NCBI GenBank assembly: GCA_046116545.1 | Contig: CP175956.1 | Span: 160,276-224,275, forward strand | From: Candidatus Moraniibacteriota bacterium | Lineage (GTDB): Bacteria > Patescibacteriota > Minisyncoccia > Moranbacterales > GCA-2747515 | Length of the DNA: 64,000 nt | Direction of reading: 5' to 3' | In this document: piece by piece, positions 42,970-51,202 of the stretch | How the letters are laid out: each line of letters starts with the position of its first letter | Position numbering within the stretch: the first letter of the stretch is position 1 | Position numbers and translations under genes: made by a program | Notes under the pieces: generated by a model | Databases searched by the model: none | The model's input: only the letters and a program-made list of their open reading frames with translations | What the model was told of the DNA's origin: nothing

Positions 42970-43875
42970 CTATTTACATATACTAAACCACTCCTTTGTA
43001 TCTATACTATTTTCTGAAATAACCTCAGAGAATATGTCTTTTAATTCTTTCACACTTTTTGTATCAAATAGTATTTCCTGACCATCCTCTAAAACTATTT
43101 TTTTGATAGGTGTTATTTCAGAAGCAGTTCCTGTAAAAAAAGCTCCTTTAAATTTCTTTATATCCTTTGGAAATATCTCTATTTCACTAATTTCATAATT
43201 CAAATCTATACCTAACTCAATAACAGACTGTCTTGTTATACCTGCTAAGATCTTTCCTTTACGTGGAGTTATAATTTTTTTACCATCAACAAAAAATATA
43301 TTAGCTACAGATCCTTCTGCTATTGCGCCGTTATGATCCAATAGCAATGGCTCATCAAAGTTATTTTTCTTTGCGTCAGCAGATGCCATAAATGAATTAA
43401 TATAATGACCAGAAATTTTTGCATCACAGACAGTGCTTTTTTCTGATATTCTGGCAAATGGGGATATTTTGACATTTACCTCATCAGCTAAATATTTTGG
43501 CCAAGGAAATGCAGTTATGAAAATATTTGTTTTATTCATACCAATCCTCATGCCGAGTGCAGAGTCGTCAAAATAAATAAGTGGTCGTATGTACGCCGAT
43601 TCTAAATTATTTTTTTGCATTAAAACTTTACAAATTTCATTAATTTCATCCTTAGTTTCACTAATTTCTAATCCCAATTTATCAGCAGAATAAAATAATC
43701 TATTAGTATGCTCCTGCAATCTAAATATACCTGTTCCTTTTTTTATTTTATAAGCTCTAATTCCTTCAAAAACACCTGTTCCATAATGAAGTCCATGCGT
43801 CATAGGTGAGATATTAGCATCTTCTAATTTTAAATATTCACCATTTAAATAAACTATTAATTTTTTATCAAACAT
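42970..43875 (-). CDS. ilvE: Branched-chain amino acid aminotransferase
   Basis: HGLHYGTGVFEGIRAY, YIRP, AKISGHY, EGSVANIF, ILAGITR, GTASEITP. Confidence 0.92.
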   Translation of the reverse strand: MFDKKLIVYLNGEYLKLEDANISPMTHGLHYGTGVFEGIRAYKIKKGTGIFRLQEHTNRLFYSADKLGLEISETKDEINEICKVLMQKNNLESAYIRPLIYFDDSALGMRIGMNKTNIFITAFPWPKYLADEVNVKISPFARISEKSTVCDAKISGHYINSFMASADAKKNNFDEPLLLDHNGAIAEGSVANIFFVDGKKIITPRKGKILAGITRQSVIELGIDLNYEISEIEIFPKDIKKFKGAFFTGTASEITPIKKIVLEDGQEILFDTKSVKELKDIFSEVISENSIDTKEWFSICK

Positions 43876-43880
43876 ATTTA

Positions 43881-44678
43881 TTATCTAACAATATTATAAC
43901 TACCTAAAATTGTAACATCTACAAAAGTATTTAGAAATTCAAAAGCGTCTTTCATGTTTTCATCTTCCATGCATCCATCCAAATCCAAATAAAAAATATA
44001 ATCATTCATTTTTTCGCCTGTCGGAATTGATTCTATCTTTGTAAGGTTTAGATTCTTTATTTTAAAAACAGAAAGTATTTCAAATAAAAGACCTGATCTA
44101 TCCGTAGTTGGTTTTATAATTACAGAAGTTTTTTCTCCACTTGTTTTTTTAACTTTTTTAGATATTTCTATAAATCTAGTTACATTTTTATCTTTATTAC
44201 TTATATTTTGCTCTATTACACTTAATTTGTAATAATTTGCCGCATCATTACTGCCTATTGCTGCAATAGATGCATCGGCTGATGCTATTTCCATTGCTTT
44301 TGATGTTGAAGATGCTTCAATGACACTAATCCCCTGCTTACGCATTTCATCAACATATTCATTACATTGCACAAGTGCTTGTGCATGTGACATTATAGTT
44401 GTAAATTCATCTCCTTGAGAAGCTAATACATGCTCTATAGAATAATCAAAAGCATTTACTATACTTACCTCATTTTGCTGCAATGCCAAAAATGTTTCTC
44501 GCACAGAACCATTTATCATATTTTCTATAGGCACTATCCCATGACTAGTGTCTGATAAATTATCAAATACTGCACTTATTGTATCAACTGGTTCAATATC
44601 TAATTTTTCATAATTTACCAGTGCTACATTATAAGAATAACTAAATTTTGGACCAAGTGTAATTATTTTATCTATCAT
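43881..44678 (-). CDS. pheA: Prephenate dehydratase (with ACT domain)
   Basis: LGPKFSYS, VPIEN..NGSV, SHAQAL.QC, NVTRF, NLTKIESIP. Confidence 0.9.
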   Translation of the reverse strand: MIDKIITLGPKFSYSYNVALVNYEKLDIEPVDTISAVFDNLSDTSHGIVPIENMINGSVRETFLALQQNEVSIVNAFDYSIEHVLASQGDEFTTIMSHAQALVQCNEYVDEMRKQGISVIEASSTSKAMEIASADASIAAIGSNDAANYYKLSVIEQNISNKDKNVTRFIEISKKVKKTSGEKTSVIIKPTTDRSGLLFEILSVFKIKNLNLTKIESIPTGEKMNDYIFYLDLDGCMEDENMKDAFEFLNTFVDVTILGSYNIVR

Positions 44679-45505
44679 GATAATGTTTTTATTAATTTAT
44701 CTGTAATTTCCATTGAGCGCGTTGCCATATTTCCAAAATATTTTTTACTCTTACTGAAAATTTTATTAAACTTATTTTCATCAGATATATCAACTGATTG
44801 AAATAGCTCATCTACTGACTCTTTATATTTTATTGCAACCTCTTTTGCAAATGGATTATACATTTGCATATCAGTATAAAGATCTGCATCCTGTGCCAAT
44901 ATTCTACCAACTCCATACAATCTCATCAAATATACAGGAGTAGCTATTGATTCACCCACCTCTAAATTATAATGTAATTTTTCAAGAGTTGATCCAAGTG
45001 ATAATGCTGAAAAATGAGTAAGACATTGAATCACTGCCATATTTTTATCATGTTCTTCTTTTGTCATCTCCAAAACATTCAACCCAAGTGATTTCAAAAA
45101 ATTAATATACCAATCAGTATAACTTCCACCTTGCTCATTACAAATAATAAAGTTTTGTTTTTTGAAATCTGTTGTTGGACCAAATAATGGATGTCCTCCT
45201 ATGATTTCAATATCATCCCTTACTTCCTGTATCATTGCATCCATTGGCTTTATTTTAACAGATGTAAAATCTGTAACCATACTTCCCTTTTTCACAACTG
45301 GCATTATACTTTTAATAACTGCTTCAGTATCTCTAATCGGTACAGTAACTATTATAACATCACCGATTCTAGCAACTTCTTCATTTGTTAATTTAGTATC
45401 AGCATCCGCAATCAAAACTTCAAAGCCTCGCTTATGAAACTCATGGGCAAATTTACTACCCATTTTCCCATTACCTCCTATAATTGATATAATTTTTGGT
45501 TTCAT
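44675..45505 (-). CDS. tyrA: Prephenate dehydrogenase
   Basis: IIGGNGKMG, DFTSVK, HPLFGP, EHDKNMAVIQCLTH. Confidence 0.92.
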   Translation of the reverse strand: MKPKIISIIGGNGKMGSKFAHEFHKRGFEVLIADADTKLTNEEVARIGDVIIVTVPIRDTEAVIKSIMPVVKKGSMVTDFTSVKIKPMDAMIQEVRDDIEIIGGHPLFGPTTDFKKQNFIICNEQGGSYTDWYINFLKSLGLNVLEMTKEEHDKNMAVIQCLTHFSALSLGSTLEKLHYNLEVGESIATPVYLMRLYGVGRILAQDADLYTDMQMYNPFAKEVAIKYKESVDELFQSVDISDENKFNKIFSKSKKYFGNMATRSMEITDKLIKTLS

Positions 45506-45537
45506 ATTTTTTACTTTTTTATCTAAAATTTTAAATT

Positions 45538-45577
45538 ATTTATCATACGAGCAACATTGTGCTCGTATGATAAATTT
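45538..45577. terminator. Long hairpin after the 50-aa ORF (terminator or processing stem)
   Basis: atttatcatacgagca-acattg-tgctcgtatgataaat; only a poor U-tract on the minus strand. Confidence 0.6.
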
Positions 45578-45586
45578 ATGTTTATA

Positions 45587-45739
45587 CTACCAATGACCAG
45601 TAATGCCGGATTTTTCCTTGAGCGTTTCTGGTTCGGGACCAAATCCAGCATCGTCTGACACATTTTCTTCACGATTTTCAACATCAACACTTAACTCAAT
45701 ACTTCTTTCATCTTTTTCTTCTACTTTACTGTCTGACAT
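45587..45739 (-). CDS. Unannotated 50-aa acidic orphan peptide MSDSKVEEKDERSIELSVDVENREENVSDDAGFGPEPETLKEKSGITGHW
   Basis: Manual translation; AGGAG SD; lies right after attenuator A and is followed by a hairpin. Confidence 0.7.
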   Translation of the reverse strand: MSDSKVEEKDERSIELSVDVENREENVSDDAGFGPEPETLKEKSGITGHW

Positions 45740-45765
45740 TTTTAATCTCCTATTTTGTATAATAT

Positions 45766-45861
45766 AAACAAAAAACCCATCTCACTATTGAGATCGGCTT
45801 ACTTTTGCTAACAATACTATCTTATCTACATCACATTACGAGCAAAAACAAACTGATCTCT
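45766..45861 (-). promoter_or_regulatory. Attenuator A expression platform: antiterminator plus intrinsic terminator
   Basis: 45860-45841 pairs with 45809-45790 (19/20 incl. GU); the 3' arm overlaps terminator AAGCCGAUCUCA-AUAG-UGAGAUGGGUUUUUU. Confidence 0.85.
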
Positions 45862-45924
45862 TTTAATAAAGAAACCTATAAACCAAAAATACCAATATTG
45901 ATTTGTTGTTACTTGTTTTTGCAT
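45826..45924 (-). CDS. Aromatic-amino-acid attenuator leader peptide MQKQVTTNQYWYFWFIGFFIKRDQFVFARNVM
   Basis: Manual translation; 8 of codons 10-19 are Tyr/Trp/Phe; the stop lies in the antiterminator loop. Confidence 0.85.
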   Translation of the reverse strand: MQKQVTTNQYWYFWFIGFFIKRDQFVFARNVM

Positions 45925-45954
45925 TTCACAAAAATAATATTTAACATATTTATA

Positions 45955-45982
45955 ATTATACATACCAAATTTATTTTGTCAA
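45955..45982 (-). promoter_or_regulatory. Sigma70-type promoter of attenuator A
   Basis: TTGACA (45982-45977)-N16-TATAAT (45960-45955). Confidence 0.8.
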
Positions 45983-46024
45983 AAAAATAAATCCCACCAA
46001 TCTATCAATGTAGATTGGTGGGAT
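45981..46024 (-). terminator. Intrinsic terminator ending the attenuator B unit
   Basis: atcccaccaatcta..tagattggtgggat followed by ttattttttt on the minus strand. Confidence 0.85.
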
Positions 46025-46031
46025 AACTGTT

Positions 46032-46286
46032 TTATAACAACATTACTTTTTCATGAACTGTGCTACATCTTTGATTAACTATCAAAACACAAGAAGCAAA
46101 GGGACATTTTTTACCCTCAATTTTTTCTAAACAAAACGCACTACCAGCCAAGACAATATCACACTTCAATCCTGTCTGAATAGCCCTAGGTCTACTTACG
46201 GTACATTTTTTACCAGCCAAATTCTGACCTGCTAATCCTTCTGCTCTTAAAACTTGTTTTTCACCTACTGCTCCTGCTCCAGCCAT
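46032..46286 (-). CDS. Cys-containing orphan protein (84 aa)
   Basis: GAGGAG SD; second gene after attenuator B. Confidence 0.65.
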   Translation of the reverse strand: MAGAGAVGEKQVLRAEGLAGQNLAGKKCTVSRPRAIQTGLKCDIVLAGSAFCLEKIEGKKCPFASCVLIVNQRCSTVHEKVMLL

Positions 46287-46312
46287 TTTAAGCTCCTCTT
46301 TTTTTAAAAAAC

Positions 46313-46621
46313 TTACATTTTAATTGGTGAATCATAATCTTCAAATGGAAATGCCTCAGTACACTCAACGCCTTTAATGATATTTACATTGCCATTAGCA
46401 TTAAAAGCAATGTAAACAGCGTCTCCAAAACATTTCTTAGCTCCAATACATCTATGTTGCAGAGCTTTTCGTGAACCTGTAATTCCAATTGCAGTAATAG
46501 TATCGCCATAATTAGTAACAGAATCAGTAACACATACAACTTGCGCTTCATCATCACTAAGTTGCTGTACGCTATTATTATCCATAATCTTATTTTTAAC
46601 AACATTAGGAATGCACATCAT
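46313..46621 (-). CDS. Orphan protein (~102 aa)
   Basis: AAGGAG SD before ATG 46621; first gene after attenuator B. Confidence 0.65.
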   Translation of the reverse strand: MMCIPNVVKNKIMDNNSVQQLSDDEAQVVCVTDSVTNYGDTITAIGITGSRKALQHRCIGAKKCFGDAVYIAFNANGNVNIIKGVECTEAFPFEDYDSPIKM

Positions 46622-46652
46622 TTTCTCCTTTTTTTTAAGTAACTGCATTTAT

Positions 46653-46748
46653 AAAACAAAAACCCATCTCACTATTGAGACCGGCTTACTTTTGCTAACA
46701 ATATTATCTTATCTACATCACATTACGAGCAAAAACAAACTGATCTCT
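46653..46748 (-). promoter_or_regulatory. Attenuator B expression platform (paralog of 45771-45861)
   Basis: 46658-46748 is 89/91 identical to 45771-45861; same antiterminator and terminator. Confidence 0.85.
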
Positions 46749-46811
46749 CTGACTAATCAGCAGGACCAACAACAAAATCATTTCCAGAATGTTTGTTATT
46801 TGTTTACTCAC
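46713..46811 (-). CDS. Branched-chain-amino-acid attenuator leader peptide MSKQITNILEMILLLVLLISQRDQFVFARNVM (GTG start)
   Basis: Manual translation; 10 of codons 8-19 are Ile/Leu/Val with CTG/TTG Leu codons; same 99-nt length as leader A. Confidence 0.8.
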   Translation of the reverse strand: MSKQITNILEMILLLVLLISQRDQFVFARNVM

Positions 46812-46839
46812 AAATTCAATATTATTGATTAACAATTTG

Positions 46840-46867
46840 ATTATACAAAATCATAATATTTTGTCAA
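46840..46867 (-). promoter_or_regulatory. Sigma70-type promoter of attenuator B
   Basis: TTGACA (46867-46862)-N16-TATAAT (46845-46840). Confidence 0.8.
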
Positions 46868-46928
46868 ATCATTATATGTTGTAATGCACTGGAATTTTTT
46901 AAAATTACTTGATATAATATATCTACAT

Positions 46929-48230
46929 ATGAATAAAAAAAATACATACAAAAATATTTCAAACTTACTCGCAATTTTAACTATTTGTCTATCTTTTTTA
47001 GTATTACAAAATTCATTGCTAGTATTTGCAGCTGATGATGTAGATGAAGAAGAAAAAGAAGAAATACTTGATGATAAAGAAGATGAATTAGAAAAATTAG
47101 AAAAGAAAGAAAAAAAGTACCGTGATATCATAAATTTAAAACAAAAAGAACAAGATATCATAAATGCTCAAATTAGAAAATTAGAAAATGAAAATTCAAA
47201 AATAAAAGATACGATTGAAGATAATGAAAGTGATATAGAAGAACTATCTCAAGAAATCTCAAGAACGAAAAGTGAAATTGAGCAAAAAGAAAATCACATT
47301 TCTATTCAAAAAAAGATCCTTCGACAATTTATACGTGAGAAATATCAAAATTATTCAGAAGATTCTAAACATTTTGCACTATTGAATGTTGCTAATAAAT
47401 ATAATAATTCACATAGAGACAATATTTCATATGCAACTGAAAAAGTTGGTGAATTTGTAAAAACAATACACACTGAACAACAATCTTTGCAAAAAGATAG
47501 AGAAGAATTTGAAGAAAAATCTAAAAAAATTGAGGACGAAAAATATAAACTTGAACAACGTAGTGAGTATCTCAATAGTTCAAAAGACTACAAAAGAGTT
47601 CTTGCTAGTCAAGTAAATGTTGAAGAAGATAAATATCAGACAAAATTATCAAAAGTTTTAGAAAAACAACGGAATATACAACAAGAATTAGATGAGCTAC
47701 GTATTGGTAATATTTCAAAATTAGACCTAAGTTCATTACCTGATAGAAAGCATGGCTTATTTGCATATCCTGTGAAAAAAGTATTCATTACACAAAACTA
47801 CGGAAACACAGCTTTTGCTAATAGCTCAACTTTTTATAATTTTCATACAGGTGTAGATTTTGGGGTATCAGCTGGAACATCTGTTTACTCAGTTGCAAAA
47901 GGTAAAGTTGTTGATACTAATTTCACAGACTACGCTTATGGTGGATGGGTTGCAATTGAACATGAACTTGATGATAAAAAAATTATAACTTTCTATGGAC
48001 ACTTAAGTAAATTGTCAGTGAAAAAGGGTGAGAAAGTGAAAAAGGGTGAGAAAATAGGTAATTCAGGAGGTATTCCAGGAACACCTGGATCTGGAAATAC
48101 AACTGGAGCACATTTACATTTTGGCGCATATCAAGCAAAAGGTTTTTATATAAAATATTCAAAATACAGCAGCAATGTTAAATTACCACCTGATGGACTT
48201 GATATAAATCCATCATGGTACCTTCCATAG
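46929..48230 (+). CDS. Coiled-coil M23 family peptidoglycan endopeptidase
   Basis: Signal peptide, long coiled coil, HTGVDF, YGHL, HLHF. Confidence 0.92.
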   Translation: MNKKNTYKNISNLLAILTICLSFLVLQNSLLVFAADDVDEEEKEEILDDKEDELEKLEKKEKKYRDIINLKQKEQDIINAQIRKLENENSKIKDTIEDNESDIEELSQEISRTKSEIEQKENHISIQKKILRQFIREKYQNYSEDSKHFALLNVANKYNNSHRDNISYATEKVGEFVKTIHTEQQSLQKDREEFEEKSKKIEDEKYKLEQRSEYLNSSKDYKRVLASQVNVEEDKYQTKLSKVLEKQRNIQQELDELRIGNISKLDLSSLPDRKHGLFAYPVKKVFITQNYGNTAFANSSTFYNFHTGVDFGVSAGTSVYSVAKGKVVDTNFTDYAYGGWVAIEHELDDKKIITFYGHLSKLSVKKGEKVKKGEKIGNSGGIPGTPGSGNTTGAHLHFGAYQAKGFYIKYSKYSSNVKLPPDGLDINPSWYLP

Positions 48231-48326
48231 TGTCTACTACATTTCACCTAATTCCATAAAAAATGAAAACCACCAGCAATACTGGTGGTTTTTGAAGGTA
48301 ATGAAAAAATCTAGCTTTTCTACCTT

Positions 48327-49682
48327 TTATTTCATCACAATATCATGTTCACCACGCCGCACATCAAAACGATTTGGTTCATCATCTTGATGCAAGACAA
48401 GTCCATTATCACCAAATAACTTCTTCATACTTTCTATCATCAACAACATTTGCGATACAAGTGTCGGATGCACAAATCTTGTTGAACGTAGTTCTACTAA
48501 ATACACAAGAGCTTTTAAATCACCAATTATTCTACATGGTACTCTATACCCCATTGCAGTATAATATTGAGATTCTTCCTTTGTCAGTTTTAATACATCA
48601 ATATCTTTTTCTTGCTGCAAAATGAATTCATCTGCTTTCTCTCGTAAATCTTTTGGTAATGCCTCTAAATACCACTTTTCAAAGCCATGCTCCCGCGTAA
48701 GGAGTGGCAACCTCTGCACAACAGCTCTATGTCTTTGCAAATCACGAAATGATCCAAAATCAAGTAGCAACTCATATCCTAATACACCACACTCAGCAAT
48801 AGTTGGCGGTAACTCTGTTTTCATTGGCCTATTTTGAATCTGACTTTCATGGTCTTTTAACATGTCACGATCCACATTATCAAAAAGCAATGTGAATTCA
48901 TTAATGTCAGAATTTGTATAATAATATTCATCTTGCATCCATTGTTTATTATAATTCTCCGTATTTTCAAATCGCTCATGACCAAAAGAACTTGAATACA
49001 TTTTTTCAAGAGCTTTTTCAGTTTTTTCTGCAATATCACGAACTTCTTCAAGTGGATGATGACGAAGGAGCATTAGCTCATCTGCAAACTGTCGAAAATT
49101 CATACGCCACGCAACATTAGTTGTTGCTCCAGCTGGCAAAAATGCTCTGGTTATATCAAATGCTCGTGCTGCAATTGCCTTGTCGTAAATCTTTTCTTTT
49201 TCACTATCTTTACACGGAAATTGTTTTTTAAGATGTTCTTGTATTGGCTTTTGTGCCTCCAAATAAAATGTACGCCAATTTTCCATTATTTTATCACCTT
49301 CATCACTCCCAGCAGGATTAAGAAATACTTGATCAGAAAAATCAACATATCTTGTTGATGCCTCTTGTCCAGAATATAACCGCCAATCTTGAATTGCTTT
49401 TGCAGCAAGCATTGAAATTCCTTCAACAAAGACAGTTGTACTTCCACAATCTCCAATTGATTTATGCCCATAGCCAACATAAAATTGCTCCATAAAGTTT
49501 TCAGCACCTCGTTCTTCCAATGTCTTAAGATGGTGATGAATACCCCCAGTTGAACGTGAATGTAATGCCTGCAACATCGCCTCTGCTTGAGCATCTATTT
49601 TTGCTTCATTATTAAGAACAAGTACAAATCCTCCTTTTTGTTCAAGATTTTCAATTGCATGTATTGATTTATCTTCTACCAT
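48327..49682 (-). CDS. thyX: FAD-dependent thymidylate synthase-like protein (long ThyX type)
   Basis: YGHKSIGD, QEASTRY, RAFLPAG, DLQRHR; adjacent to tmk. Confidence 0.75.
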   Translation of the reverse strand: MVEDKSIHAIENLEQKGGFVLVLNNEAKIDAQAEAMLQALHSRSTGGIHHHLKTLEERGAENFMEQFYVGYGHKSIGDCGSTTVFVEGISMLAAKAIQDWRLYSGQEASTRYVDFSDQVFLNPAGSDEGDKIMENWRTFYLEAQKPIQEHLKKQFPCKDSEKEKIYDKAIAARAFDITRAFLPAGATTNVAWRMNFRQFADELMLLRHHPLEEVRDIAEKTEKALEKMYSSSFGHERFENTENYNKQWMQDEYYYTNSDINEFTLLFDNVDRDMLKDHESQIQNRPMKTELPPTIAECGVLGYELLLDFGSFRDLQRHRAVVQRLPLLTREHGFEKWYLEALPKDLREKADEFILQQEKDIDVLKLTKEESQYYTAMGYRVPCRIIGDLKALVYLVELRSTRFVHPTLVSQMLLMIESMKKLFGDNGLVLHQDDEPNRFDVRRGEHDIVMK

Positions 49683-49718
49683 ATAATTTTCCTTATATTA
49701 TTTAATATTTTATTAAAT

Positions 49719-50402
49719 TTAACATTTACAACATTCAACTACTTCTTCATGTATATCATCTATTGAACGTAATTCCTCATTTTTAACACATTGTATACGT
49801 ATCCAATTTTTATTCTCTCTAGAAAGCCATAAGGCACTTCTACGTGCATTCTCTAGATAGTCGATGCTTTGTTCAACTAAATCTTTTTTACCCTCTTTCT
49901 GATATTGTTTTTTTTGTTGTGATTGTCTCAATAATCCAATTGATGTTTTAATTGGAACATCTAAATAAATAACTTTATCTGGCTTAGGTAATTTAAAAAC
50001 TCCATATTCCATATTGTCTAACCATTTCAAGAATTCCTTTCGTTTATTTGAATCAAATATTTTTCCTCCTTGGTGAATTTGATTTGCACTTACATATCTA
50101 TCAAGTATAACCACACATCCTTCTTCCATCCATTTCTTCAATTTCTCAGATGATTCAAATCTGTCAGCAGCATAGATAATTGATGTAATATGTGGATCAA
50201 GCGTTAAAAAGTCTCCATAATCACCAGTAATACAACCACCAATAAATTCTCCAAAAAAATTATCTTCATATCTCGGAAAATCCATTGTCCTCACATTAAC
50301 ACCATCTTTTTTTAATTTTTTAACAATCAATTTAGTCTGCGTCGCTTTACCTGAACCATCAGAACCATCTATCACGATTAATCGTCCCTTACGTTTTTTC
50401 AT
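49719..50402 (-). CDS. tmk: Thymidylate kinase
   Basis: IDGSDGSGKATQ, FPRY, ILDRY, PDKVIYLD. Confidence 0.92.
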   Translation of the reverse strand: MKKRKGRLIVIDGSDGSGKATQTKLIVKKLKKDGVNVRTMDFPRYEDNFFGEFIGGCITGDYGDFLTLDPHITSIIYAADRFESSEKLKKWMEEGCVVILDRYVSANQIHQGGKIFDSNKRKEFLKWLDNMEYGVFKLPKPDKVIYLDVPIKTSIGLLRQSQQKKQYQKEGKKDLVEQSIDYLENARRSALWLSRENKNWIRIQCVKNEELRSIDDIHEEVVECCKC

Positions 50403-50467
50403 CAGTAATTATTTAGACAAATAAAGACGGCTTTTCCAATTTCGAAACCGTCCCCCACTACAAAATA

Positions 50468-51103
50468 TTATAGCATACTACTTTTTATATTTTCAACTAT
50501 TTCTGGAAATTCTTCTTGCAAAAAATGATTTCTATCTTCAAATTCTACAAATACTGCGTTTGGTAATGCAACTTGATACTTTTTACCATCATCAAAACTC
50601 ACAACAAAATCATCTAGTGAATGATAAATATAAATATTATCACACTGATTCTCTACATTTTTCAAAGACTCTTGTAAATCAAAATCACCTTTAGCACCAT
50701 AACAACCAGCTACTAAATGCACTTGATTTATATCCACATCTAACATATTTTCTGCCAAATATTTTGCCAAAAAATTAGCACCTAGTGAATGTCCCACAAG
50801 AATAGCACCATCTACTACATACGGAAGTAATTTTTCAAACCAAATTAACCATTCATTATATTTTGCATTACGAGATGATGGCATTCCTGGTTTTATAACT
50901 TGAAAATTATCCCCAAGACTCTCTTGTAAGCTATCTTTCCATCGTCTTGATGTCACTTTATCAAATTTTTCTTGTGTAAAATCATAATTTTTTAAATACT
51001 CTATGTATTCATCATGTGTATCCCATGCGTCTCCACCATGAATTACTATTACTTGTTTTTTATTTCGTCCACTATAATCTTTGACACGGATTTGATTATT
51101 CAT
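50468..51103 (-). CDS. Alpha/beta hydrolase (YdeN/RBBP9-like)
   Basis: IHGG, GHSLG nucleophile, HS.DD, HF. Confidence 0.88.
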   Translation of the reverse strand: MNNQIRVKDYSGRNKKQVIVIHGGDAWDTHDEYIEYLKNYDFTQEKFDKVTSRRWKDSLQESLGDNFQVIKPGMPSSRNAKYNEWLIWFEKLLPYVVDGAILVGHSLGANFLAKYLAENMLDVDINQVHLVAGCYGAKGDFDLQESLKNVENQCDNIYIYHSLDDFVVSFDDGKKYQVALPNAVFVEFEDRNHFLQEEFPEIVENIKSSML

Positions 51104-51202
51104 AACAATTATTTAAAATATTTTACTTATATCAATTCTATACTAAAAATAAAAAGACACAAAACTTTTGTGTCTTTTTGAAATTGCATTTAAAATCTAT
51201 AA

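Noticed and set aside
45771-46748. 91-bp direct repeat considered as a CRISPR array, IS ends or a metabolite riboswitch
   Set aside because: There are only two copies 887 bp apart, no cas or transposase genes, and no recognisable aptamer or T-box consensus. A leader-peptide attenuator explains it better.
45805-46832. Plus-strand ORFs 45805-45990 and 46611-46832 sharing LLTILSYLHHITSKNKLIS
   Set aside because: They are antisense shadows of the duplicated attenuator; promoters, SDs, terminators and leader ORFs all point to the minus strand.
46841-47575. Ser/Phe-rich minus-strand ORFs
   Set aside because: Antisense to the Glu/Lys-rich coiled coil of the M23 peptidase.
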